DNA from: Verrucomicrobiia bacterium
GTDB taxonomy: Bacteria > Methylomirabilota > Methylomirabilia > Rokubacteriales > CSP1-6
Length of the DNA: 64,000 bases
NCBI GenBank assembly: GCA_035495415.1
Contig: DATJFY010000047.1
Location: 149,366 to 213,365, forward strand
Direction of reading: 5' to 3'
Shown: positions 53,474 to 62,080 of the stretch, in pieces
How positions within the stretch are numbered: position 1 is the stretch's first letter
How the letters are laid out: every line of letters begins with the position of its first letter
Notes under the pieces: model-generated
Told to the model about the DNA's origin: nothing
Database searches by the model: none
The model's input: the letters and a program-made list of their open reading frames with translations, nothing else
Program-made: the position numbers and the translations under genes

Positions 53474-54150
53474 GGCGCGGCCTCCCCGCGGGCGGTGAAC
53501 GCGAGCGCGTCCGCGAGCACGTGCGCGGCGTGCGCGTGCGACAGGGACTCCGCGGTGGCCGCGTCGCCGGCCGCCACCGCCGTCCAGATCGCGGTGTGCT
53601 CGCCCAGGCTCTCCTCGAGGCGCTCGGCGAGATGCAGGGAGCGCAGGCGCAGCACGAGGATCTGCGCGTAGACGTTCTCCAGCAGCCGGCTGAGCACCTG
53701 GTTGGCCGCGGCGGCGAGGATGCCGTCGTGGAACTCGATGGCCGCCCGCGAGTAGGGCTCGACGTCGCGCGCGCGGGCGTGCACCTCCATGCGCTTCACC
53801 ACGTCTTCCAGCGCGGCGCGCCCCGGGTCGTTCAGGTGCTCGGCGGCCTGACGGGCGGCCAGCGCCTCGAGCGCGCCGCGCACCGCGAAGAGATCGCGGA
53901 TGCGCTCGACGCCGTAGTTCATGACGAACACGCCATGGCGCGGCACCGTGTTGACCAGCCCCTCGCTCTCGAGGCGGCGCATGGTGTCCCACACCGGCGT
54001 TCGGCTCACGCGGAGGTCGCGGCAGAGCTGCTCGACGTTCAGCTTGCTGCCCGGCGGGAACACCTGACTCAGGATGAGATCGCGCACGGTGCGATAGACC
54101 TGCTCGCCGAGACTTTCGTAGAGCAGGGGCGCGACGGGGCGATCGGGCAT
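53470..54150 (-). CDS. GntR family transcriptional regulator (FadR/FCD subfamily)
   Basis: ORF 53470..54201. The preferred start is ATG 54150 (MPDRPVAPLLYESLGEQVYRTVRDLILSQ), because the candidate promoter lies between 54160 and 54189. It has a winged-helix N-domain (VEQLCRDLRVSRTPVWDTMRRLESEGLV) and a helical FCD-like C-domain. Confidence 0.85.
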   Translation of the reverse strand: MPDRPVAPLLYESLGEQVYRTVRDLILSQVFPPGSKLNVEQLCRDLRVSRTPVWDTMRRLESEGLVNTVPRHGVFVMNYGVERIRDLFAVRGALEALAARQAAEHLNDPGRAALEDVVKRMEVHARARDVEPYSRAAIEFHDGILAAAANQVLSRLLENVYAQILVLRLRSLHLAERLEESLGEHTAIWTAVAAGDAATAESLSHAHAAHVLADALAFTARGEAAP

Positions 54151-54159
54151 GGCGCTCGT

Positions 54160-54189
54160 ATTCTTGTGGCCGCGCTCGGGGAATGTCAA
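54160..54189 (-). promoter_or_regulatory. candidate promoter (TTGACA-18-AAGAAT) for the GntR-led operon; predicts a leaderless or 1-4 nt leader mRNA
   Basis: On the minus strand: -35 at 54189-54184, an 18-nt spacer, and -10 at 54165-54160. Nine nt separate the -10 box from ATG 54150. Confidence 0.35.
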
Positions 54190-54201
54190 TTGGGTTTTCA
54201 T

Positions 54202-54230
54202 TTGACACGTGACATGAAATGTACGATAAG
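54202..54230 (+). promoter_or_regulatory. candidate promoter (TTGACA-17-GATAAG) for the Liv-type uptake operon, overlapped by an imperfect palindrome
   Basis: -35 at 54202-54207 and -10 at 54225-54230. The palindrome TTTCAT-N12-ATGAAA (54196-54219, containing CACGTG) covers the -35 box and the spacer. A GGGAGG SD at 54292-54297 precedes ATG 54305. Confidence 0.4.
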
Positions 54231-54304
54231 TACCCGCGACGGCGGATCAGTGTCGACCCGCGAAGCGTGTCACACCTCGTAGGAGCACACACGGGAGGCT
54301 GCGA

Positions 54305-55489
54305 ATGAAGCGAGTGGGGATCGGTCTCTGTCTCGTGATCGCGATGCTGCTCGGCTTCATGCTGCTGCCTCCACAGCCGGCGGTGGGGCAAGGTGACCCC
54401 ATCAAGATCGGCGTGATCCAGCCGCTGTCCGGCTCGGTCGCCGCCTCGGGCAACTACATCCGCATGGGCGCCGAGATCGCGCGGGACTGGGTGAACGCGC
54501 GCGGCGGCGTGCTCGGCCGGCAGGTCCAGCTCCTCGTCGAGGACAACAAGTCCGATCCCAAGGAAGCCGCCTCCGCCGCCGAGAAGCTCATCGTGCGCGA
54601 CAAGGTGCCGGTCCTCGTGGGCGCGTGGGGCTCGTCGATGACCCTCGCCGCCATGCCGAAGCTCGAGGAGTACGGCGTGCCGATGATCGTGGAGACCTCG
54701 AGCGCCGCCAGCATCACCAAGCGGGGCAATCCCTGGGTCTTCCGCATCAGCCCGCCCAGCGAGATGGAGGCGGTGGGCCTCGAGAAGTACGTGAAGGACC
54801 TCGGGATCAAGCAGGCCGACTTCCTCGCCGTCAACACGGACTGGGGCCGGGGCTCGGTGACCGCGTTCGGTGACCTCCTGAAGCGCACCGGCAGCACGGT
54901 GGGCGCGGTGGAGTTCATGGAGCAGGCCGCCACCGACATGAACGCGCAGATCACCAAGGTCAAGGCGGGCTCGGCGGATACCCTGTTCCTCACCACCGGC
55001 GTCGAGCAGATCACGCTGGTCCTCAAGCAGGCGCAGGAGCAGCGGCTGGTCCGTAAGGTCATCACCACCGGCGGCAGCTCGTCGCCGTCGCAGCTCATCA
55101 AGCAGGCGGGGCCGGCGGCGGAAGGCACCATGCACATCCTCTTCTTCCTGCCGTGGTTCCCCGAGGCCATGCCCGACGGCAAGCTCGCCAAGGCCTTCGT
55201 GGACGAGTGGAACAAGCGCGGCCATCCCTTTGAGGGGTTGACCGAGGGCTTTCGCGGCCACGACGGCGTGATGACCGCGGTGGAGGGCCTGAAGGCGGCG
55301 GGCAAGCCCGACCCCAAGGCCGTGCGCGACGCGCTGTGGACGGTGAGCTTCATGGGTGTCAACGGGCCCATCAAGTTCGAGAAGGACGGGCCCGCGGGCA
55401 AGGAGAGCGGCCAGAGCAAGCCCAGCATCTTCATCGTCCAGATCAAGGACGGGAAGATCGCGCTTCCGGCCTTCGCCGCCAAGAAGTAG
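54305..55489 (+). CDS. Liv/HAAT-type ABC substrate-binding protein (Sec signal)
   Basis: Signal peptide MKRVGIGLCLVIAMLLGFMLLPPQPAVGQ. The mature N-terminus DPIKIGVIQPLSGSVAASG is typical of a type-1 binding fold. Confidence 0.9.
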   Translation: MKRVGIGLCLVIAMLLGFMLLPPQPAVGQGDPIKIGVIQPLSGSVAASGNYIRMGAEIARDWVNARGGVLGRQVQLLVEDNKSDPKEAASAAEKLIVRDKVPVLVGAWGSSMTLAAMPKLEEYGVPMIVETSSAASITKRGNPWVFRISPPSEMEAVGLEKYVKDLGIKQADFLAVNTDWGRGSVTAFGDLLKRTGSTVGAVEFMEQAATDMNAQITKVKAGSADTLFLTTGVEQITLVLKQAQEQRLVRKVITTGGSSSPSQLIKQAGPAAEGTMHILFFLPWFPEAMPDGKLAKAFVDEWNKRGHPFEGLTEGFRGHDGVMTAVEGLKAAGKPDPKAVRDALWTVSFMGVNGPIKFEKDGPAGKESGQSKPSIFIVQIKDGKIALPAFAAKK

Positions 55490-55511
55490 GCGAGGCGGCC
55501 ACGCTGCGGGC

Positions 55512-56384
55512 TTGGACCAGCTCCTCCAGCACCTCCTGAACGGGCTTCTGCTCGGCAGCACCTACAGCCTGCTCGGGATCGGGCTGACGCTGGTCTTCGG
55601 CCTGATGAACGTGGTGAACTTCGCCCACGGCGAGTTCTATACGCTGGGCGCGTACGGCGTCTTCGTCGCGCTCGCCCTCGGCTCGGTCAACTTCTTCCTC
55701 GCGATCCCCCTCGCCATCGCGGGCGGCGCCCTCATCGGCGCCGCCTGCGAGCGCCTGCTCCTGCGTCCCCTCCGCGGCGCCTCCATCGACACCACCATGC
55801 TCGTCATGATCGGGCTCTGGATCGCGCTGCAGAACGGCGAGCTCCTGGCGTGGGGCGGAGTGGCGAAGAGCGTGCCCACCCCGTTCTCCACCGCGCCGGT
55901 GGTGCTGGGCCCCCTGTCGGTGTCGGTCCTACGGATCTTCGTGTTCGGGGTGTCGCTCGTCCTCATCGTGGGCGCGCACCTCCTCCTGGCGCGCACCCGG
56001 CTCGGGCGGGCGATGCGCGCGACGTTCCAGGACCGCGAGACCGCCGCCCTCATGGGGGTGAGCATCGAGCGCATCCACACGGTGACGTTCGCCTTCGGAG
56101 CCGGGATGGCGGCCGCGGCGGGGGCGCTGCTCGGGCCGGTGTTCTTGCTCTATCCGTCGATGGGGGATCTCGCCGCGCAGAAGGCCTTCAGTGTGGTGAT
56201 CCTGGGCGGGCTCGGCAACTTCGTGGGCGCGGCGCTGGGCGGCGTGCTCCTGGGCGTGGCGGAGGAGCTCGGCGCGGGCTACATCTCCTCGGGCTACCGC
56301 GACGCGGTCGGGTTCGTCATCATCGTGCTCATGCTGCTCGTGCGACCCTCCGGGCTCTTCGCGCGCGCCGAGCGCGTCGGCTGA
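55512..56384 (+). CDS. livH: HAAT-family ABC transporter permease
   Basis: C-terminal part of ORF 55356..56384. The likely TTG start at 55512 gives MDQLLQHLLNGLLLGSTYSLLGIGLTLVFG, a canonical LivH N-terminus. Confidence 0.85.
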   Translation: MDQLLQHLLNGLLLGSTYSLLGIGLTLVFGLMNVVNFAHGEFYTLGAYGVFVALALGSVNFFLAIPLAIAGGALIGAACERLLLRPLRGASIDTTMLVMIGLWIALQNGELLAWGGVAKSVPTPFSTAPVVLGPLSVSVLRIFVFGVSLVLIVGAHLLLARTRLGRAMRATFQDRETAALMGVSIERIHTVTFAFGAGMAAAAGALLGPVFLLYPSMGDLAAQKAFSVVILGGLGNFVGAALGGVLLGVAEELGAGYISSGYRDAVGFVIIVLMLLVRPSGLFARAERVG

Positions 56385-57337
56385 TGCGGCGCGCGGCGGC
56401 CGCGCGCGGGGCGGTGATCGTCGTGGCGGCGGCCCTCGCGCCGCTCGTGGTGTGGAACCCCTATCAGCTCCACACCCTCATCATGGCGGGGATCTTCGCC
56501 GTGCTCGCGCTCTCGCTGAACCTCCTGCTCGGCTACACGGGGCAGCTGTCCCTGGGCCACGCCGCCTTCTTCGGCATCGGCGCGTACGCCTCCGCCCTCT
56601 TGTCGGTGAAGCTGGAGTGGTCGCCGTGGCTCGGGATGCTCGCGGCCATCGTGGTGCCGGGTCTCGCGGGGTGGGGGATCGGCCGGCTCGCCCTGAAGCT
56701 GCGCGGAGCGTACTTTGTGCTGCTCACGATCTCGTTCGCCGGGGTCATCTCGCTCGTGAGCGTGAACTGGATGGACCTCACCAACGGGCCCCTCGGCATT
56801 CCCGGGGTGCCCGCGCTCGCCATCGCGCTCCCCGGGCTGCCCGAGCTCTCGCTCCGCACCAAGGGGGCGTTCTACTACCTGGTGCTTGCGGCGGTGGTGC
56901 TGGCCTACCTCGTCTGCCGGCGCATCATTGCCTCCCGCATCGGGCGTGCGCTGGTCGCCCTGCGCGAGAACGAGACCCTCGCCGAGTCCGTGGGCATCGA
57001 CGGCACCTTCTACCTCGTGCTGGCCGCCGCAATCAGCGCGGCGATGGCCGGGGCGGCGGGCGGTCTCTACGCGCACTACACGCGCTTCGTCAGCCCGGAG
57101 GTGTTCCTCTTCACCTACACCGTCACCATGGTCATCATGGTCGTGGCGGGCGGCAAGGGGACGCTGGCGGGGCCGGTGGTGGGCGCGGTGATCTTCACCG
57201 TGCTGCCGGAGGCGCTGCGCGCCCTCACGTCGTGGCAATGGCAGATGCTGCTCTACGGGATCCTCTTGATCGCGACACTCTTCTTCATGCCGAACGGGAT
57301 CGTTCCCGCGCTGGCCGCGCGGGTCGCGCGCCGATGA
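56384..57337 (+). CDS. livM: HAAT-family ABC transporter permease
   Basis: C-terminal part of ORF 55850..57337, starting at ATG 56384 (TGATG junction with livH). The motif LNLLLGYTGQLSLGHAAFFGIGAY is present. Confidence 0.9.
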   Translation: MRRAAAARGAVIVVAAALAPLVVWNPYQLHTLIMAGIFAVLALSLNLLLGYTGQLSLGHAAFFGIGAYASALLSVKLEWSPWLGMLAAIVVPGLAGWGIGRLALKLRGAYFVLLTISFAGVISLVSVNWMDLTNGPLGIPGVPALAIALPGLPELSLRTKGAFYYLVLAAVVLAYLVCRRIIASRIGRALVALRENETLAESVGIDGTFYLVLAAAISAAMAGAAGGLYAHYTRFVSPEVFLFTYTVTMVIMVVAGGKGTLAGPVVGAVIFTVLPEALRALTSWQWQMLLYGILLIATLFFMPNGIVPALAARVARR

Positions 57338-58125
57338 GCGTGCCCTCGGGCGCCGACCAGGGCTTGGACGTCGGGGACCTCGCCATGCGCTTTGGCGGGG
57401 TGGCGGCGCTGGCCGGCGTCTCCTTCAGCGTGCGGGCAGGTGGCGTGACGAGCCTCATCGGCCCGAACGGCGCGGGCAAGACCACCGCGTTCAACATCAT
57501 CACGGGGTTCCAGGCGCCCACCGCCGGCCGTGTCGCCTATGCCGGGCGCGCCATCACCGGCTGGCGTCCCTGCCGCATCGCCGCGCTCGGCCTCGTGCGC
57601 ACGTTCCAGAAGACGAGCGTGTTCCCCGCGCTGTCCGTGCTGGAGAACGTGCTGACCGGCCTGCATCTCCGGGGCGCCGTCGGCATCGGCGCGGCGCTGC
57701 TGCGCCGGCGGCGGGTGGCCGAGGAGGAGCGGCGGCTGCGGGGTGAAGCCCTCGGCGTGCTCGAGTTCGTGGGCCTGGCGGCCCGGCGCGACGAGAGTGC
57801 CAGCGACCTCTCCTACGGCGAGCAGCGGCTGGTCGAGCTCGCCATCGGGCTGGCCGCCCGCCCACGGCTGCTGCTGCTGGACGAGCCCGCGTCGGGGATG
57901 ACGCCGGCGGAGAAGGCGGCGACCGCGGCGCTGGTCCGCCGGATCTGTGAGTCGGGCGTCACCGTCCTGCTCGTCGAGCACGACATGCGCATGGTGATGG
58001 GCATCTCGGACCGCGTGCTCGTGCTGAACCACGGCCGCCTGATCGCTGACGGCACGCCGGCCGAGGTGCAGCGCGATCCGGACGTGATCCGCGCCTATCT
58101 GGGGACCTCGCATGCTGCGGCTTGA
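57334..58125 (+). CDS. livG: HAAT-family ABC transporter ATP-binding protein
   Basis: C-terminal part of ORF 56452..58125, starting at ATG 57334 (ATGA overlap). Walker A GPNGAGKTTAF, signature LSYGEQRLVELAIGL and Walker B LLLDEPASGM are present. Confidence 0.9.
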   Translation: MSVPSGADQGLDVGDLAMRFGGVAALAGVSFSVRAGGVTSLIGPNGAGKTTAFNIITGFQAPTAGRVAYAGRAITGWRPCRIAALGLVRTFQKTSVFPALSVLENVLTGLHLRGAVGIGAALLRRRRVAEEERRLRGEALGVLEFVGLAARRDESASDLSYGEQRLVELAIGLAARPRLLLLDEPASGMTPAEKAATAALVRRICESGVTVLLVEHDMRMVMGISDRVLVLNHGRLIADGTPAEVQRDPDVIRAYLGTSHAAA

Positions 58126-58816
58126 GGGCGTGTACGCGGGCTACGGCCGCGCGCCCGTGCTGTCCGACGTGAGCGTGGAGGTCGGCCAGGGCGACCTCGT
58201 GTGCCTGGTCGGCGCCAACGGCGCGGGCAAGAGCACCACCCTCAAGACGATCTCCGGCCTGGTGCGGCCGTCCGCCGGGCGCATCGTGTTCGACGGGCGC
58301 GAGATCCAGGGCTGGAGGCCGCAGGACATCCTCCGGGCCGGCATCGCGCATTGTCCGGAGGGGCGGCGGGTGTTCCCACATCTCACCGTGCGCGAGAACC
58401 TCGAGATGGGGGCCTACGTGCGCAAGGACACCGGCGCGGTGGCCGCCGATCTCGAGCGCGTCCTGGCGCACTTCCCCGTGCTGGCGGAACGCCGCCGCCA
58501 GGCCGCGGGCACGCTGTCCGGGGGCGAGCAGCAGATGCTGGCCATCGGACGCGCCCTCATGGCGAGACCGCGCCTCATCCTGTTCGACGAGCCCTCGCTC
58601 GGGCTGGCGCCCACGGTGGTGGAGACCACGTTCCGGATCATCGGCGAGATCCAGAAGGACGGCACCACCGTGTTCATGGTCGAGCAGAACGCCTACATGG
58701 CGCTTCGCATGGCCACCCGCGCCTACGTCATGGAGACGGGGCGCATCACGCTGCACGGTCCCGCGCGCGCGCTGCTCGACGACGAGCACGTCAAGCGCGC
58801 CTATCTCGGAGGCTAG
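58112..58816 (+). CDS. livF: HAAT-family ABC transporter ATP-binding protein
   Basis: ORF track. Walker A GANGAGKSTT, signature LSGGEQQMLAIGRAL and Walker B ILFDEPSLGLAP are present. It overlaps livG by 14 nt. Confidence 0.9.
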   Translation: MLRLEGVYAGYGRAPVLSDVSVEVGQGDLVCLVGANGAGKSTTLKTISGLVRPSAGRIVFDGREIQGWRPQDILRAGIAHCPEGRRVFPHLTVRENLEMGAYVRKDTGAVAADLERVLAHFPVLAERRRQAAGTLSGGEQQMLAIGRALMARPRLILFDEPSLGLAPTVVETTFRIIGEIQKDGTTVFMVEQNAYMALRMATRAYVMETGRITLHGPARALLDDEHVKRAYLGG

Positions 58817-58823
58817 CGTCGGC

Positions 58824-61214
58824 ATGGGAGCCAAGCTCTTCGGCGCCTCCGTCCCGCGGCGGGAGGATCCGCGCCTGCTCCGGGGCGAGGGGCGCTTCGT
58901 GGACGACATGAAGCTGCCGGGCATGCTCTACGCCGCCTTCGTGCGGAGCCCCTACGCGCACGCGCGCGTGCTCGCGATCCGCGCGGAGGAGGCCGCCCGG
59001 CGACCCGGCGTGTTCCGCGTCTTCACGTTCGCCGACCTCGAGCGCTGGATGAAGCCGCTGCCGCTCTTCGGGGCCATCCCGCCCGGCCTCGCCGCGCGCG
59101 TGGAGGTCACGATGAAGCAGGTGGGCCAGCTCGCAATGGCGCGCGACGTGGTGCGCCACGTGGGCGAGATCGTGGCCATGGTCGTGGCGGACAGCCGTGC
59201 GCTGGCCGAGGACGCCGCCGAGCTGGTGGAGGTGGACTACGACCCGCTGCCCACGGTGGTGGACATGGTGGCGGGCGGCGAGCCGGGCGCTCCCGTCATC
59301 CACGAAGCCTGGGGCGACAACGTGGCGCTGCGCTTCAAGACGGGGTTTGGGGACGCAACCGCCGCCCTGAAGGCCGCGGCCGTTAGGGTGCGCGAAAGAT
59401 TCTACGTCCAACGTTACGTTGGCATGCCCATGGAGACCCGCGGCGTGCTGGCGCAGTGGGACGTGCGCGACGGGACCCTCACCACGTGGAACGGCACGCA
59501 GGTGGTGCACTTCGTCCAGCAGGGTCTGGTGGCCGCGCTGGGCCTGCCCGCCCACAAGATCCGCGTGATCGCGCCCGACGTGGGCGGCGGCTTCGGCACC
59601 AAGGCCAACGGCTACCCGGAGGATCTGCTGATTCCCGCCGCGGCCATCGCCTGCCGGCGGCCGGTGAAGTGGACGGAGGATCGCCGCGAGCACATGCTGG
59701 CCTCCGCGCATGCGCGCCATCAGGTGCACGACATCGAGCTGGGCGCCTCGCGGGATGGCACCATGCTCGCCCTCCGCGATCGGATCTGGGTGGATCTGGG
59801 CGCGTACAACTCCTGGGGCATCGTGCTGCCGTACAACACGGTGGCGCATCTGCTCGGGCCGCATCGCGTGCCCGCCCTCGAGGTGGAATGCCGGGGCGTG
59901 GTGACCAACAAGACGCCCAACGCGCCGTACCGAGGCGCGGGCCGGCCCGAGACGGTGTATGCCATGGACCGCATCGTGGACTGTCTCGCGCGGGAGCTGC
60001 GCATGGATCCCGCCGAGCTGCGCCGGCGGAACTATCTCTCCGCCGCCGACCTGCCGTACGAGCTGGACATTCCCTACCGCGACGGTAATCGCCTCGTCTA
60101 CGACAGCGGCGACTTCCGCGCCAACCTGGATACCGCCCTCGATGCCATCGGATACGACGGGTTGCGCGCCGAGCAGGCGGTGGTCCGCGAGCAGGGGATC
60201 CTGCGCGGCCTCGGCATCTCCGGCTATGTCGAGGGCACTGCCATCGGACCCTATGAGGGCGCCACGGTGCGGATGGACGCCTCCGGCCGGGCGATCGTCG
60301 CGACCGGCGCGTGCAGCCAGGGCCAAGGGCACGAGACCTCGTTCGCCCAGGTGGCGGCCGACGTGCTCGGCATCCCGCTCGACTGGGTCACCGTCGTGGG
60401 CGGGGACACCGCCGCCATTCCGTTCGGCGTCGGCACCTTCGCGAGCCGGAGCGCGGTGAACGCGGGCAGCTCGATCTTCGACGCGGCCGGCAAGGTGCGC
60501 GACAAGCTCACCGCCGCCGCGGCCGCGCTGCTGGAAGCCGCGCCGGGCGACGTCGAGATCGTGGACGGCATGGCGAGCGTTCGCGGCGCGCCGGCCTCAT
60601 CGGTGCCGCTCGAGCGCGTGATCCGGTCCGCGCTGCCCACCTTCGCCAAGCCCGGGCCGGTGACGGCCGACTTCGAGGCCACCGTGTATCATCACCAGCC
60701 GACGGTGACGTACACGAGCGCGGTGCACGTGGCCCATGTCGAGGTGGATCCGGGGACCGGCGCGGTGCGCCTCCTCCGCTACATGGTGGCGCACGACTGC
60801 GGCAAGCTCATCAACCCCACGATCGTCGAGGGGCAGATACACGGCGGGGTGGCCCAGGGGGTAGGCGGGGGCCTGCTCGAGGAGATGGTGTACGACGAGC
60901 AGGGGCAGCTCCTCACCGGCACCTTCATGGACTATCTGGTCCCGACGGCGATGGAGCTGCCGGCCATCGAGACCGTCCATCTGGAGTACCCGTCGCCGCG
61001 GAACCCCCTCGGCATCAAGGGCATCGGCGAAGGCGGCGCCATCTCCCCACCCGCGGCGATCGCCAACGCGGTGGAGGATGCCCTCGCGCATCTCGGCGTG
61101 CGCGTCACGCGCGCGCCCCTGGGCCCCGACACCGTGCTGGGGCTCATTCGCGCCGCGCGCGAGCGCGCCGAAGCGGCGGGGGCCCCGGCACCGAATAAGG
61201 ACGCGCGCCCGTGA
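58824..61214 (+). CDS. molybdopterin-binding large subunit with form II CoxL-like active-site loop (APYRGAGR)
   Basis: 796-aa ORF with GEGRFVDDM, VGGGFGTK and GIGEGGAISPPAAIANAV. The loop NKTPNAPYRGAGRPE (APYRGAGR at 59922-59945) matches the AYRGAGR signature used to define form II CoxL-like proteins. Confidence 0.9.
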   Translation: MGAKLFGASVPRREDPRLLRGEGRFVDDMKLPGMLYAAFVRSPYAHARVLAIRAEEAARRPGVFRVFTFADLERWMKPLPLFGAIPPGLAARVEVTMKQVGQLAMARDVVRHVGEIVAMVVADSRALAEDAAELVEVDYDPLPTVVDMVAGGEPGAPVIHEAWGDNVALRFKTGFGDATAALKAAAVRVRERFYVQRYVGMPMETRGVLAQWDVRDGTLTTWNGTQVVHFVQQGLVAALGLPAHKIRVIAPDVGGGFGTKANGYPEDLLIPAAAIACRRPVKWTEDRREHMLASAHARHQVHDIELGASRDGTMLALRDRIWVDLGAYNSWGIVLPYNTVAHLLGPHRVPALEVECRGVVTNKTPNAPYRGAGRPETVYAMDRIVDCLARELRMDPAELRRRNYLSAADLPYELDIPYRDGNRLVYDSGDFRANLDTALDAIGYDGLRAEQAVVREQGILRGLGISGYVEGTAIGPYEGATVRMDASGRAIVATGACSQGQGHETSFAQVAADVLGIPLDWVTVVGGDTAAIPFGVGTFASRSAVNAGSSIFDAAGKVRDKLTAAAAALLEAAPGDVEIVDGMASVRGAPASSVPLERVIRSALPTFAKPGPVTADFEATVYHHQPTVTYTSAVHVAHVEVDPGTGAVRLLRYMVAHDCGKLINPTIVEGQIHGGVAQGVGGGLLEEMVYDEQGQLLTGTFMDYLVPTAMELPAIETVHLEYPSPRNPLGIKGIGEGGAISPPAAIANAVEDALAHLGVRVTRAPLGPDTVLGLIRAARERAEAAGAPAPNKDARP

Positions 61215-62080
61215 AGCCCGCACCGTTCGACTACACGTCGGCGGCGAGCGCCGCCGAGGCGGTGGCGGCGCTGGCCCAGCACGGCGACGACGCCAAGATT
61301 CTCGCGGGCGGGCAGAGCCTGGTGCCGATGCTGAACCTGCGCCTGGCCCGGCCTGCGATGCTCGTGGACATCAACGGCGCGAGAGAGCTCGACTATCTCC
61401 GCGAGGCCGGCGGCCGCGTGCACGTCGGCGCGCTGCGCCGGCAGGCCGCGGTCGCGCGCTGGGCGGCGACGCAGCTCCCGCTCATGGCGGAAGCGCTGCG
61501 CCACGTGGGCCACCTCGCCATCCGCAACCGCGGTACCGTCGTGGGGAGCGTGGTGCATGCCGATCCGGCGTCCGAGCTTCCCGCGCTGCTGCTCTGTCTC
61601 GACGGTGAAGTGGTGGCGCGCGGCCCACAGGGTGAGCGCACCGTGGCCGCCGACGCGCTCTATCGCGCCCCACTCACCACCTCGCTCCGCGCCGACGAGC
61701 TGGTGACCGAGGCGCGCTTCTCGTTGCCCCGGCCGGAGGCCGGGTGGGGCTTCGCCGAGGTGGCGCGTCGCCACGGCGACTTTGCCCTCGTGGGAGCGGC
61801 CGCGCTGCTGTGGCCGGATGCGGTGGGGCGCGCGGCGGGGGTGCGCCTGGCCTTCTTCGGCGTGGGCGGCACGTCGGTCCGCGCGGCCGCCGCCGAGACC
61901 GCGCTCACCGGGCAGCCGCTCAGCGAAGCCCGCGTGCGCGACGCGGCCCGCGCCGCGGCGGCGGCCCTGCGCCCGGAGGGCGATCTCCATGCCTCCGCGC
62001 GCTATCGCCAGGAGGTCGCCGCGGTGCTCGCCGAGCGAACGCTCATGGACGCGGTGCGGCGCTGCCGGAGCGCGGCATGA
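61211..62080 (+). CDS. molybdo-hydroxylase FAD-binding medium subunit
   Basis: MKPAPFDY...ILAGGQSLVPMLNLRLARPAMLVDIN. The GTG start overlaps the large-subunit stop (GTGA). Confidence 0.9.
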   Translation: MKPAPFDYTSAASAAEAVAALAQHGDDAKILAGGQSLVPMLNLRLARPAMLVDINGARELDYLREAGGRVHVGALRRQAAVARWAATQLPLMAEALRHVGHLAIRNRGTVVGSVVHADPASELPALLLCLDGEVVARGPQGERTVAADALYRAPLTTSLRADELVTEARFSLPRPEAGWGFAEVARRHGDFALVGAAALLWPDAVGRAAGVRLAFFGVGGTSVRAAAAETALTGQPLSEARVRDAARAAAAALRPEGDLHASARYRQEVAAVLAERTLMDAVRRCRSAA

